Origin: Chloroflexota bacterium
GTDB taxonomy: Bacteria > Chloroflexota > Dehalococcoidia > GIF9 > AB-539-J10
NCBI GenBank assembly: GCA_030611015.1
Contig: JAUWQP010000002.1
Coordinates: forward strand, 1 to 43,136
Reading direction: 5' to 3'
DNA: 43,136 bases
A model generated the notes under the pieces. The model worked only from the letters and a program-made list of their open reading frames with translations. It was not told where the DNA came from and did not search any database. The translations under genes were made by a program, and so were the position numbers. Positions 25,400 through 34,236 of this stretch are shown here, one piece after another (the stretch's first letter is position 1; each line of letters opens with the position of its first letter).

Positions 25400-25972
25400 G
25401 AGCTCCTCCGATAATTGACCTCTCCAAACCTCCTCCAGTAAAGGGCTATAAACAAAGTCACTAGGTAGAGGCACAATATTCTTAGGCAATATCCTCAACT
25501 TTGCTCGCCAGAATATCTCAGCACAAGCCTCAGAACAAATTTGGCGTTCGTCCCGATGCCAAGCTAGAGGAATTGGTAAGTGCAGCTTCCCCATGATAAT
25601 TCGGGGCAGCACCCACCTGGCTATAGCATAGTAATCATAATAGCTCTGGGAGTCGCTAGCTAGCTTGACTGCTTCTTTCAAGACTTTAGGAATCACCTGC
25701 CGGTACCCCCTCTTTAGCCGGAGGACCACAACTTCCTGCCCATAACGGTTAGAGAGGGATTGAATTACCGCTCCACGGCCATTCGACTCAAATAAAAATG
25801 GGAACCTCAGTGTTTGATGCTGCTCGGGGCTAGTAATTATCCGAACCTTTCCCAGATACATAAACACATGTTCATAGGGACTGCCCATTGCCCACCGCTT
25901 TATTATGGACCAGGGGTCTTTACGAAGGTTGGCATTTACCAGAACATCACCTGGCTCAAGTTTGAAGCTCAT
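25388..25972 (-). CDS. permuted papain-like (YiiX/C92, NlpC/P60 superfamily) amidase/peptidase; endolysin candidate
   Basis: LEPGDVLV...SPYEHVFMYLG (His before Cys) and a later ICSEACAEIF, as in permuted NlpC/P60 enzymes. 12-nt convergent overlap with 25064..25399. Confidence 0.5.
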   Translation of the reverse strand: MSFKLEPGDVLVNANLRKDPWSIIKRWAMGSPYEHVFMYLGKVRIITSPEQHQTLRFPFLFESNGRGAVIQSLSNRYGQEVVVLRLKRGYRQVIPKVLKEAVKLASDSQSYYDYYAIARWVLPRIIMGKLHLPIPLAWHRDERQICSEACAEIFWRAKLRILPKNIVPLPSDFVYSPLLEEVWRGQLSEELLAP

Positions 25973-25998
25973 TTCTCACCTCCGAAAGATAATCGCTA

Positions 25999-26790
25999 TT
26001 ATTTTCCCTCGAGCTTCTTCAGCTCCGCGTAGGTTTTGAGCCACTCTATCTTTACTGGGGCTAACCAGCTCTCACTAAACGCCGGGAAGATTGGCAGGGC
26101 GCCGGCAGCTAGAGCGACCCCTAACCCTGGCGCCATAGACTTTTTGGGAATCCCTAGCAGATCCCTAACCTTCGCCCACTGGCTACTGGAAATATGCCAG
26201 GCTTTGAAGAAGTCCCTTATGGTCATCGCCTGGTAATCGGCCATTAGCTTTTCACGATTCTCTCCCCAGTACTCTAGGGAGCGCCTCTTGAGATAATGTC
26301 TTTTCTCCCCTGGCGCCGGAGTGGGAGCTGGCTCCTCCTTAATAACTTCTGCCGGTCTATCAGTAAAAGCAGCGGGGATAACAACGCCGGCTTTCTCCCA
26401 TTTTCTCCTTAAGTAATAGAATCGCCCCCTCGGCATACCCCATTTCTTCTCTACCTCAACGATTGACATCTGCCCATAGTCGGCCAGTATTTCTTGCCTG
26501 TGATCATCTTTCGGTTCGCGGCAATAAGTACCAACCCAGGCTCGCAACGTCGTCATCGGGATCCGGGTCCAACCCTCCACTTCTCTAACACCTTCGGCCT
26601 TCGCCAGCCGAGCAATCTCAGCTTTATCCACAGCAGGCAATTCCTTAAGATCCACCTGGCTATGTTTATCCTGCCAAAGAATTTTGGGCTGAACCTTACT
26701 ATCAGCAGGGAAAGTTCTTATTTGCCCACATGATAAACATGCCCTGGTTACATCACCCGAGCTCCATTCATGGTTACAATCTATGCTCAC
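25999..26790 (-). CDS. DNA-binding-like protein with an N-terminal Cys motif and two internal HTH-like repeats
   Basis: GTG start behind AAAGGAGG. It has duplicated segments ILADYGQMSIVEVEKKWGM and LMADYQAMTIRDFFKAWHI. Confidence 0.55.
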   Translation of the reverse strand: MSIDCNHEWSSGDVTRACLSCGQIRTFPADSKVQPKILWQDKHSQVDLKELPAVDKAEIARLAKAEGVREVEGWTRIPMTTLRAWVGTYCREPKDDHRQEILADYGQMSIVEVEKKWGMPRGRFYYLRRKWEKAGVVIPAAFTDRPAEVIKEEPAPTPAPGEKRHYLKRRSLEYWGENREKLMADYQAMTIRDFFKAWHISSSQWAKVRDLLGIPKKSMAPGLGVALAAGALPIFPAFSESWLAPVKIEWLKTYAELKKLEGK

Positions 26791-26802
26791 TTTTCCTCCT
26801 TT

Positions 26803-26824
26803 GCGTATAACGCCAATTACACGC
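26803..26824. repeat. family-A palindrome copy 1 (GCGTATAA-cgccaa-TTACACGC)
   Basis: Read directly. Its TTA (26817-26819) is the stop of 26817..27035. The SD of 25999..26790 lies immediately downstream on the minus strand. Confidence 0.8.
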
Positions 26825-27035
26825 CCCCACTTTCCCCCAGCATCTTCACCAGCCGTATCTCATGGGCTGATTTCAGCTTCTCCAGCTCCTCGAGCGTGGA
26901 CTCAGCCACCTTGATAGATATATTGTCTGCAGTCCCCAGGACTTCATTCTTGGCCATTATTATCCGGGGTCCGAGATCCACCGACATATTGGTCACCTTA
27001 TCAACTGGACCTATAATCCCGTTACTCATCTTCAC
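26817..27035 (-). CDS. hypothetical small protein (72 aa)
   Basis: ATGA-coupled to the upstream gene. Ends in GV-stop inside the palindrome. Confidence 0.5.
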   Translation of the reverse strand: MKMSNGIIGPVDKVTNMSVDLGPRIIMAKNEVLGTADNISIKVAESTLEELEKLKSAHEIRLVKMLGESGGV

Positions 27036-27472
27036 CCTCCTTCTCTTTCACCTACCAGCTTATCCCACCGGTCAGGCTCTATATAGACAAAGGGCAATCC
27101 CCAGTTCTTCTGGGCATATTGCTGTAAGTCCCCTGGGTCTAACTTTCGCTCCTCTCCACCAGCCTCCTTATAAAGTCGTGCCAACCCTTCCTCAGTGTAG
27201 TCCAAAATTACAGCTCCCTTTTCACCAAGCCCGGTGACTCTCACTATCCCCTCGGAGATTGCCCAGGGAACACCAAAAGGAATCTCCTTGACCTCGGTAA
27301 CCACTGCCGGCGCCGCTGGAATCGGTATCTTGATAGTTATCGCTGGCAGAGGGTTATCGGGAATCTCTAAATCCACCCGAAAGACATACTCTAGGGGGCT
27401 TGCCGACGAGCTCTTTCTAATTTTGCACTCCCCAGTCTGAGAATTAACAATTAGGTATACTATCCGTTTCAC
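27032..27472 (-). CDS. hypothetical protein (146 aa)
   Basis: Tight packing with its neighbours. No motif recognised. Confidence 0.55.
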   Translation of the reverse strand: MKRIVYLIVNSQTGECKIRKSSSASPLEYVFRVDLEIPDNPLPAITIKIPIPAAPAVVTEVKEIPFGVPWAISEGIVRVTGLGEKGAVILDYTEEGLARLYKEAGGEERKLDPGDLQQYAQKNWGLPFVYIEPDRWDKLVGEREGG

Positions 27473-27473
27473 T

Positions 27474-27926
27474 TTAGTCCTCCTTCTCTCCAGGCCCGAG
27501 CAAAAAGCCCTTCCCTGACATTACTTCAAACATGGTTTTCCCCTCTCCAATAAGCACATAACCCAAGAATATCTCCTCCATCTTCACCATTTCCGTCTCG
27601 AGGAGTGCCATCTGAGCTGATACCCAATGGAATATATTTCGCCAGGCTACTCGGTAAGCATGGTCATCCCTAGCATACCCAGCTGGTATCTCCCGGTCAG
27701 CTACCTGCCTCTTTAACACTCTCAGGGTAGATGCAGCATCAATAGGTAACCGGATAGGCAGCTTTTTCCCGTCAGGCATCGGGACCTCAAAGGAGAGCGC
27801 CTTGATCCTGCCATCGTCGCCATATTCCATCATTACCGCCCTGGCTCCATGCTCAACGAGCTTAGCCTGTATCTGTGATATTGTCCTGGAGACAGGAACC
27901 TTAGTCGAATAATCGAGCAAACCCAT
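27474..27926 (-). CDS. hypothetical phage-type protein (150 aa)
   Basis: SD GGAGGAAG. No family could be named from memory. Confidence 0.55.
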   Translation of the reverse strand: MGLLDYSTKVPVSRTISQIQAKLVEHGARAVMMEYGDDGRIKALSFEVPMPDGKKLPIRLPIDAASTLRVLKRQVADREIPAGYARDDHAYRVAWRNIFHWVSAQMALLETEMVKMEEIFLGYVLIGEGKTMFEVMSGKGFLLGPGEKED

Positions 27927-27929
27927 AAC

Positions 27930-28391
27930 TTACTTCCTCCTTCGCTTCCGTTTTTTGTCTCGTTCCCGCCTACAAGCTCTGCAATAACGCATGCCCCTAT
28001 AATAGATAGTGTTGAATAAGTCAAACGGATGCCCATGAATACAATGCGTCTGCCGAGCATGGCGCGCCGCAGTTGTTTCTCCTCTAAGTATGTGGACCTG
28101 CCTTGTTACAGGTTCTTGATGGTCCGGTCGGACGCACCAGCGGTTCCTGCAAAGATGATCCAACTCCTTGCCATCTGGTATAGGCCCGATAACCAGCTCA
28201 TAGAGAAGCCGGTGGACAAGAAACTTCCCACCTTTCCGACCGTCCACACCCAAATAGGCGTAGCCATCCTTTGAGAGGATATCTGTCCATTCCCAACAGT
28301 CATCCTCGCCCGGGCCTTTCACCACCTTGCTCCATAGGCGATTAAGGTCTTTCTCAGTCAGAACAGGACTCATCTTACTCAAAAGTGGCAT
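27930..28391 (-). CDS. HNH homing endonuclease
   Basis: CWEW...DGYAY...VHRLLYE...LDHLCRNRWCVRPDHQ is the classic HNH_3 signature. Confidence 0.8.
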   Translation of the reverse strand: MPLLSKMSPVLTEKDLNRLWSKVVKGPGEDDCWEWTDILSKDGYAYLGVDGRKGGKFLVHRLLYELVIGPIPDGKELDHLCRNRWCVRPDHQEPVTRQVHILRGETTAARHARQTHCIHGHPFDLFNTIYYRGMRYCRACRRERDKKRKRRRK

Positions 28392-28393
28392 AG

Positions 28394-28873
28394 CTACCCC
28401 CTTTCCTCCGGGCGCTGATACGGCAATCCCAGTGCCTTATATATTGATTCCTCAGTGTCGCCGGCGATCCTCTCCCCATTCTCATTAAAGAGGCCTTCAC
28501 CCGAAGCAGCCAAGTGCCAGCCTTTCTTCTTGGCCAAGCTACATAGGCGAATATTCGACTCTTTACTCCCAGTCCTAATGAGGAGCAGTGTTGCCCAAGT
28601 CCCAGGTGAAGCGAAATACAAGTCAACTTGGGCGCCGTTGTAATCGAACCGCTTCAGCTTCTCACCACTCAGCTTGGGCTGGAAGGGACGGGCCAGAGCT
28701 AGCACCTCGCTCTCCAGGTTCCAGGGATCAGAGGGGATAAGGACGATATCAATATCTCCAATAGAAGCCTTTTGCCTCCGAATAGAGCCGGCCACCTCAA
28801 TTTTCTGGCAGTAAGGTTTAAGCCTAGCAACAACCTCATTTGCTATTTCTACTGCTTGTTCCAGTCGCATCAT
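28394..28873 (-). CDS. minimal family-X DNA polymerase / Pol-beta-like nucleotidyltransferase (159 aa, palm + thumb only)
   Basis: GSIRRQKASIGDIDIVLI (GS.RRGK...GD.D motif), a third acidic site at VDLYF, then LLIRTGSKESNIRL and EESIYKALGLPYQRPEER (PolX thumb, ...PE.R end). Confidence 0.75.
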   Translation of the reverse strand: MMRLEQAVEIANEVVARLKPYCQKIEVAGSIRRQKASIGDIDIVLIPSDPWNLESEVLALARPFQPKLSGEKLKRFDYNGAQVDLYFASPGTWATLLLIRTGSKESNIRLCSLAKKKGWHLAASGEGLFNENGERIAGDTEESIYKALGLPYQRPEERG

Positions 28874-29484
28874 ATTAGCCTCCGTTGTTCCTCTGAAAAT
28901 CTTTGCTGTAAGCCAGTTACCGGGATACCCCGCTCATTCAGAACCTTCATCTTTTGCCAATAAGCCAAATCCTCCTCTGGTATCTGGGTTTTTAAATGCC
29001 CCAGGAATCTACCATGCTCATCATGCAAAGCTGTACCTGGAATCAGCCGCCTATCGTGCTTATTTTCATAAAATTCCAGTAAAAGCTCAGCTTGCTCTCT
29101 TTTCAGCACTAAGTGTGGAAGACAATTCTTGAGGATAACTAATATAATGGGCCAAGCTACAGCCTGCCACCTATAAATCACTTTCCTTCTTCCTCCCCTC
29201 GTTGTTCTCACTATAGAGCTGTGAGCAATCCTTGTATTGAGATAGTCGACCAACCTATATTGGGTATTGCTTACTAAAATATAAGGGTTCAGAGACTTTG
29301 TATTATCTCTCTTATCACTGACGAGGCTTAAGCCGATTGTTCCTTCAGAATCTATAACCCCAGCAACATAAGCCCATGTAGTATCCTCAACGAGAGCTTG
29401 AGTCAGTTCGGCTTCAATAAGTCGTTCCTTGTGAGCCTCATGCGGATTTTGGGTGGCTATTTTCCGTGCTATTTCCAGTTTCAA
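28870..29484 (-). CDS. free-standing single-motif LAGLIDADG homing endonuclease
   Basis: WAYVAGVIDSEGTIGL motif. ATGA overlaps on both sides. Confidence 0.7.
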   Translation of the reverse strand: MKLEIARKIATQNPHEAHKERLIEAELTQALVEDTTWAYVAGVIDSEGTIGLSLVSDKRDNTKSLNPYILVSNTQYRLVDYLNTRIAHSSIVRTTRGGRRKVIYRWQAVAWPIILVILKNCLPHLVLKREQAELLLEFYENKHDRRLIPGTALHDEHGRFLGHLKTQIPEEDLAYWQKMKVLNERGIPVTGLQQRFSEEQRRLI

Positions 29485-29666
29485 TAATTTACCTCCTTGT
29501 CACTTTCAATTTCCGCCCTTCTTAGATTCTCGTTCCCGATCTCCCTCTCATGCAGAGGGCAAACATGCAACCACACCTTCCTGCCATTAGGATAGGTCTT
29601 GAACAGCCCATACTTGGCCTCGTTTTGACAGCCCTTCACCTCACATTGACCTAATTTCTTCATCAC
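29481..29666 (-). CDS. small Cys/His zinc-binding protein (61 aa)
   Basis: CEVKGC...HVCPLH motif. SD AGGAGGAG. Confidence 0.5.
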   Translation of the reverse strand: MMKKLGQCEVKGCQNEAKYGLFKTYPNGRKVWLHVCPLHEREIGNENLRRAEIESDKEVNY

Positions 29667-29680
29667 TTCTCCTCCTTTCT

Positions 29681-29702
29681 GCGTGTAACAGCCCTTATAC
29701 GC
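29681..29702. repeat. family-A palindrome copy 2 (GCGTGTAA-cagccc-TTATACGC)
   Basis: Its TTA at 29695-29697 is the stop of 29695..29898. The SD of 29481..29666 is adjacent. Confidence 0.8.
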
Positions 29703-29898
29703 TTAGCTCTAGAAACGACTTCATCGCCATCCTCAGGTCATCAGCCTCTCGTTTAGGGATAAGATAGGCTTCGATGGTTTCCTCGCCACCCTCTGGTAGC
29801 TCATGGCACCAATCAGTCAGTTCATGAGATTCAATAAACTCAGCGACGAAGCCGATAAGCTTTCTTATCAAAGCTGCTTTCTCTTTCGAGTACTCCAA
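29695..29898 (-). CDS. hypothetical small acidic protein (67 aa)
   Basis: TTG start after GAAGGAG. Bracketed by two family-A palindromes. Confidence 0.45.
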   Translation of the reverse strand: MEYSKEKAALIRKLIGFVAEFIESHELTDWCHELPEGGEETIEAYLIPKREADDLRMAMKSFLELSV

Positions 29899-29911
29899 CT
29901 CAATCTCCTTC

Positions 29912-29933
29912 GCGTGTAACGTAGGTTATACGC
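29912..29933. repeat. family-A palindrome copy 3 (GCGTGTAA-cgtagg-TTATACGC)
   Basis: Its TTA at 29926-29928 is the stop of 29926..30465. Confidence 0.8.
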
Positions 29934-30465
29934 CAGTGTGCCCCGGCACAAATTCAGGCTGCTTTACTCTTGGTACATTTGGGCCGGGCAGCTTCATCAG
30001 CTCCTGCGCCCAGTATGACACGCTGCTGGGACAGACCTGGCACCAGGACCCCTCAGGATTGCTCAGGCAGCTCTTGGTCTTTTTACCATTCTCAATGTAA
30101 AGGCAATCATGATAGCCCTTCGCTTTTAGCTCCAGGCAAAGGTGGTGAAGCCTCTCCTGAGCCTCGTTCCAACGGTCCCACTGGTATTCTTTCTCCTCCC
30201 CCTCTTCCATCTCCTGAATTTGGAACCTGACCTTGGAGAGTTTATCATTGCCCTTTATCACCCTATCCCTCAGGGCAAGGATTTCAAGAGCATAACTAGG
30301 TGGTTCACTAGGTGGTTCATTAGCTAGTACATTAGGCCCTTCTTCACCAGGGTTCGACCCCGGGTTAGGGTTGGGATGACATTTTCCACAAAACCAGTGG
30401 CCATCCGGAGTCAGCCACCAGTTGTCTGAGCCACAGGCAAAGCAGGCTTTGGTCGGTCTTTCCAT
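29926..30465 (-). CDS. zinc-ribbon protein (179 aa)
   Basis: N-terminal CFACGS...CGKCH motif. Ends in GV-stop inside the palindrome. Confidence 0.55.
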   Translation of the reverse strand: MERPTKACFACGSDNWWLTPDGHWFCGKCHPNPNPGSNPGEEGPNVLANEPPSEPPSYALEILALRDRVIKGNDKLSKVRFQIQEMEEGEEKEYQWDRWNEAQERLHHLCLELKAKGYHDCLYIENGKKTKSCLSNPEGSWCQVCPSSVSYWAQELMKLPGPNVPRVKQPEFVPGHTGV

Positions 30466-30471
30466 CTTATC

Positions 30472-30738
30472 TCACCCCTTAAATTTATCTTCAGCCTCAA
30501 CCAGATAATAAGTGAGCAGGTTGATTGCTCTGGCTACTTTGCGTTTGACTAACAAGTGAACCTTCTTCCTATCTGCTTCCATAGTTTCTCTGGTTTCCCC
30601 CGGGTATAGCTTCTCTCTCCCATAAAGCAACGAATGATGCTTTTGGCATAGGTAAACACCCACCTCATAAATTTGGGGTATTGGGTGATGCCAGTCTATT
30701 TGTCCCTCGGCCGAACCGCAAAATTCACATTTATGCAT
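30472..30738 (-). CDS. small HNH-like Cys/His protein (88 aa)
   Basis: CEFCGS...WHHPIP...CQKHH pattern. Confidence 0.5.
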   Translation of the reverse strand: MHKCEFCGSAEGQIDWHHPIPQIYEVGVYLCQKHHSLLYGREKLYPGETRETMEADRKKVHLLVKRKVARAINLLTYYLVEAEDKFKG

Positions 30739-30747
30739 TTTTAGCCC

Positions 30748-31007
30748 GTAGTATAGATTTCCCTCAAAATCGCCCCGGTAGTATAGCGTAGTATAGTTTT
30801 CCTAGGCACGACTTAGCTTTGTAGTATAGATTTCGCTCTCTCTTTAATTATACTATTCCCTCTCTCTCTTTTTTTTACCTCTTTTATTCAAATTTCAAAA
30901 AACTCTCCTTAGGAACATAAAAAACTATACTACCTAGCTGGCTTGTAGCTAAGAAAACTATACTACGGAGGCCTAAAACTATACTACGGAGGCAAAAACT
31001 ATACTAC
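30748..31007. repeat. origin-like iteron array: 4x GTAGTATAG(A/T)TTT, AT/pyrimidine-rich core, 4x AAAACTATACTAC in inverted orientation
   Basis: Copies at 30748, 30778, 30788 and 30821 face copies at 30925, 30958, 30979 and 30999. The core at 30832-30920 is CT/AT-rich. The array ends 5 nt from the primase-helicase stop. Confidence 0.7.
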
Positions 31008-31011
31008 CGTT

Positions 31012-33312
31012 TTAGATCTCCATGTCGATTTCCTTTTCTCCTTGCTCCTTCAATTGGATTCCTGTCCAGCCGGTTGTTTGTGCTCCCCTGGGGCCTCTCC
31101 TCTGGAATGTGGCATGTACATTCTTGGCATTCTTCAATGCTCGACCAAAGCTCTCTTTCCCAATCCGAGGGATGTTTTGTTTATCACAGTAATCAATGAA
31201 AGCGTCATAAAGCTCGTCTTTTGATATCCATGCCAAGTCACTCGTTTCACATACATCTTCAACAAAGGCGTAGAGGGGGTCAGAGGCCCTTTGATGCCAT
31301 TCAGCAATTTCATCCGGGCTAGCTTCGTAGCTATATCCTTGCTTCTTAAGTAGTCTTTCTAACCCCTGCAGGGCTATATTCAATAAGCCACTCATCTCAC
31401 TTTTCTGGGTTAATTTCTGGATTAAACGCTTATCCGCCTTGCCTCCCTCAAATTTGTTTGGGAAGTTGATAAAAATCCACCTTCTCCAGAAAGCAAGGCT
31501 ATCCTCATCTACCTTGGGTGGTTTATTGGTGGAATAGATAAGGCGGGCTGTATTATTAAAGCCAAAACGGTCCTTGAATTTCTTTTCAGCGCCTATGGTG
31601 TCACCCCCGGTCAGCATCTTGAATAGTCCCACATGTGGCATCTTAGTTGAGGGGATATCAGCGTATATGTTAGCCAGTTTGCCAAAAAGGTCAGCTACAG
31701 CGAATCGTTGGCTCTCAATAGTTTGCAGCGCTATATTGCTGCAGTTTTCCATGCCCAGGAAGTGTTTTAATAACTCTAGAAGAGAACTCTTTCCATTAGC
31801 CCCATCTCCCAGAAAGAGGAAAGCGCGTTGTACTGTATAGTCAGGAATCAGGCAGTAGCCGAAGAGTTCCTCTATTATCGGGATATCCTTTTCTCTCAGG
31901 ACCTCGGTGAAGAATTGTTGAACCCGGGGACAATCAACCTGGGGGTCATAGGTCACTGGAATTCTGATGGTAGATAGAAGTTCTGGGGTGTGAGAGCTAA
32001 GTTCACTGGTACGGATGTCGTAAAGTCCATTCTGTAAATTCAGGACCCATTTCTCCTGGTTAAACTTCCTGCGGGCGACATAGGTGCTACGTTTGATATG
32101 CCCAATGACTTCATTGACATTATGGATAGTCATAAACTTTTTGGGTACCCGCTTTTCACATTCTTCTTTAATGGTTGCTTCCCCTAGTTGTATATAGATA
32201 CCATCTTCATAGATGAGGCATTCCTCATTATCTCTGAATGTTTTAAAGGAATACTCAGCGAGCAAATCATTAACTAACTTCGGTAGATCCAGGTGCCAGC
32301 CGGTTTTATCATGATAGAGGTAAATGCCGTATTCCTCTTTGGTTGCCAGTCTGAAAGCTAAACCAGCGGGAGACTTGAGGCCCAATTTCTTTGCCAGGCA
32401 ATCCTTTGAACAAGTAAAGCCTATATTGTCGCAGAGATGGGGGCTTTTCCCCTGCTTTCTTTGCTCGTGGGCTTCCTCTATTTTTTGGTTTGTTTCTGCC
32501 TCTGTGTACTGGGGGTATGGCTTAGATAATTCATGGGCTGTTTCTTCCCCCACCTGGCCGAAAACGGCCAGGTTATGAACCATCGCCCACCAGTATGGCT
32601 CGGTTAAAGTGGCGGCATTGTCGCGGCAATACTGAACGAAAGCACAATTCTCTAAGAGCTTCTTTACTGCTATTTCATTGAATTTGGCTGACTGCTTTCC
32701 TTCTATGTGTTCCTCGGCTGGGGCAGGTTTCTTGGGGGCTTCTTGGGCTAGCCGTGCTTTCAGACCAAGCTCAGCCACGCACTGCTCTATGAAAGCGGGC
32801 AGATTCTTGGGCCTGGCTATAGACTCAACGCCGATAGCTTCATAGAGAACACCCGAGGGGTGTAATGAAGGGGGGACAGCGATATAGTTGCCATCTGCAC
32901 GAATCTCAAGCCATGACTTATTATCCCCCCTGGCAATGATTTGGCTCGGGATTAGAGTGTTTGACCGTAAATATACATGCACCCCTCTGGGAGTTTTGAC
33001 AACGAAGGTAGAGGCTAAGAGCTTATCCCACAGCTTTTGGCCGAAGAACTCACTGGCGCCATCTGGGGCATTGAAACAAAGAGCGACAAGCCCATTGGAA
33101 GCACCCCCGCAGATTATGGCGACATTAGTTGGTTTACCTTCCTGAAACCATTCGGCCAGTTCAGTAAAGGTAGGAGCTCTACTTTGGGATGGTTCCCATT
33201 TAACTGTGCCTTTTTTTTGTCCCCACAGTAAAGGGAAGTATCGCAGCCGCTCTTTTTCATAGAATTGAAGAGCCTTCTGTAGTGCTTCCCAATTGAATTT
33301 AGGAATAGCCAT
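31012..33312 (-). CDS. bifunctional primase-polymerase (AEP) / D5-P4-type SF3 helicase
   Basis: The N-terminus KTPRGVHVYL and EIRADGNYIAVPPSLHPSG fits prim-pol. It has a central Cys-containing PriCT-like region. Walker A FLGDGANGKSS and the following region are typical of the P4/D5 primase C-terminal helicase. Confidence 0.85.
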   Translation of the reverse strand: MAIPKFNWEALQKALQFYEKERLRYFPLLWGQKKGTVKWEPSQSRAPTFTELAEWFQEGKPTNVAIICGGASNGLVALCFNAPDGASEFFGQKLWDKLLASTFVVKTPRGVHVYLRSNTLIPSQIIARGDNKSWLEIRADGNYIAVPPSLHPSGVLYEAIGVESIARPKNLPAFIEQCVAELGLKARLAQEAPKKPAPAEEHIEGKQSAKFNEIAVKKLLENCAFVQYCRDNAATLTEPYWWAMVHNLAVFGQVGEETAHELSKPYPQYTEAETNQKIEEAHEQRKQGKSPHLCDNIGFTCSKDCLAKKLGLKSPAGLAFRLATKEEYGIYLYHDKTGWHLDLPKLVNDLLAEYSFKTFRDNEECLIYEDGIYIQLGEATIKEECEKRVPKKFMTIHNVNEVIGHIKRSTYVARRKFNQEKWVLNLQNGLYDIRTSELSSHTPELLSTIRIPVTYDPQVDCPRVQQFFTEVLREKDIPIIEELFGYCLIPDYTVQRAFLFLGDGANGKSSLLELLKHFLGMENCSNIALQTIESQRFAVADLFGKLANIYADIPSTKMPHVGLFKMLTGGDTIGAEKKFKDRFGFNNTARLIYSTNKPPKVDEDSLAFWRRWIFINFPNKFEGGKADKRLIQKLTQKSEMSGLLNIALQGLERLLKKQGYSYEASPDEIAEWHQRASDPLYAFVEDVCETSDLAWISKDELYDAFIDYCDKQNIPRIGKESFGRALKNAKNVHATFQRRGPRGAQTTGWTGIQLKEQGEKEIDMEI

Positions 33313-33321
33313 CTAAAGCCC

Positions 33322-34203
33322 CTAAAACTCCAAATCCAGCGGTGCTTTAGTTGGTTCCTGCTTCTCCTCCTTATTTTCTGGTGTTTTTGTTGGGGCCTCA
33401 GCTGTCGGGATTTTTGGCGGTGATAGTTCCACCGGAGCTGCCTCTTTAGCCATCAACCTATCCCTTTCTTCTTCGTTATAGAAGGGGGTACCCGTTGAGG
33501 TATAGCCGAGAGGCTCGGGTCCAGCTTCCTCCTCAGGCCTTCCTACCGGTAGTGAGATTGGTGCACCAAGTAACTTGTTGGACTCAATTTGTAGTTCCTT
33601 AACCCTGGATTCATCGGTGATGAGCTGGACAATTTTGGGGTGGATAACATAGGTCGTGCCAAACGACGTGTTCTTTTCCTGGCACTTGATGTTTACGAGC
33701 GCTCGATAGTATTCCCCGCGCAGAGCCCGGTTCATCTTAAGCTGGGTTATGAGGTGCCTCGATGCCAGAGCAGAAGTGCCGTGCGCCCTAAGTATAACCG
33801 GCATGAGATCGTGATCAATGTCTATCCCTAATATCGTGTAGTTTAAGCAGCATTTTGTTCTTCTCTCTGCCGCATCAACACTCCAGGGCGCGTCAAGCCT
33901 GTCGGGGCACTGGAGGCAATCATCATTATAAATACTGATGTTGTTTTTGGCGTCCATTGAGGCACATACTGGGCCGGCGTCGCTTATCTCAGTGCCCCAT
34001 TTTGTCCTGCCCATCATGATATCCACTACTACTATGTTGAGTTCATCGGCCAGCTCGTCTGTGGTCTTGTTGAAGAATTGCCCTGGTTTCCCACCGAGCC
34101 CTTTGGCCCAATCTCCGCCTACCTTCTGTAGTAGAGTCCAAGATGGAATTGCCATTTCATTTGGTCCATACTCGTCTAAACTTCGTCTAGGTTGTTCACT
34201 CAC
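33322..34203 (-). CDS. hypothetical replication/recombination-module protein (293 aa) with Cys cluster
   Basis: It sits between a Gp157-like coiled-coil ORF and the primase-helicase. It contains C...CLQC...CC residues. No family could be named. Confidence 0.55.
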   Translation of the reverse strand: MSEQPRRSLDEYGPNEMAIPSWTLLQKVGGDWAKGLGGKPGQFFNKTTDELADELNIVVVDIMMGRTKWGTEISDAGPVCASMDAKNNISIYNDDCLQCPDRLDAPWSVDAAERRTKCCLNYTILGIDIDHDLMPVILRAHGTSALASRHLITQLKMNRALRGEYYRALVNIKCQEKNTSFGTTYVIHPKIVQLITDESRVKELQIESNKLLGAPISLPVGRPEEEAGPEPLGYTSTGTPFYNEEERDRLMAKEAAPVELSPPKIPTAEAPTKTPENKEEKQEPTKAPLDLEF

Positions 34204-34236
34204 TGTAGAATTTCCTCCCTTTTATTTTGTTATTGT

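Noticed and set aside
26770-27237. 155-aa plus-strand ORF. The same applies to 28029..28274, 29970..30230 and 34275..34556.
   Set aside because: They are antisense to the tightly packed minus-strand early operon. They have Ser/Pro/Leu-rich shadow-ORF composition and no SD.
30748-31007. Possible CRISPR array, because of the regularly spaced short repeats
   Set aside because: The repeats are only 9-13 nt and occur in two inverted sets around an AT-rich core. Spacers are irregular (10-33 bp). This is an iteron/origin architecture, not CRISPR.
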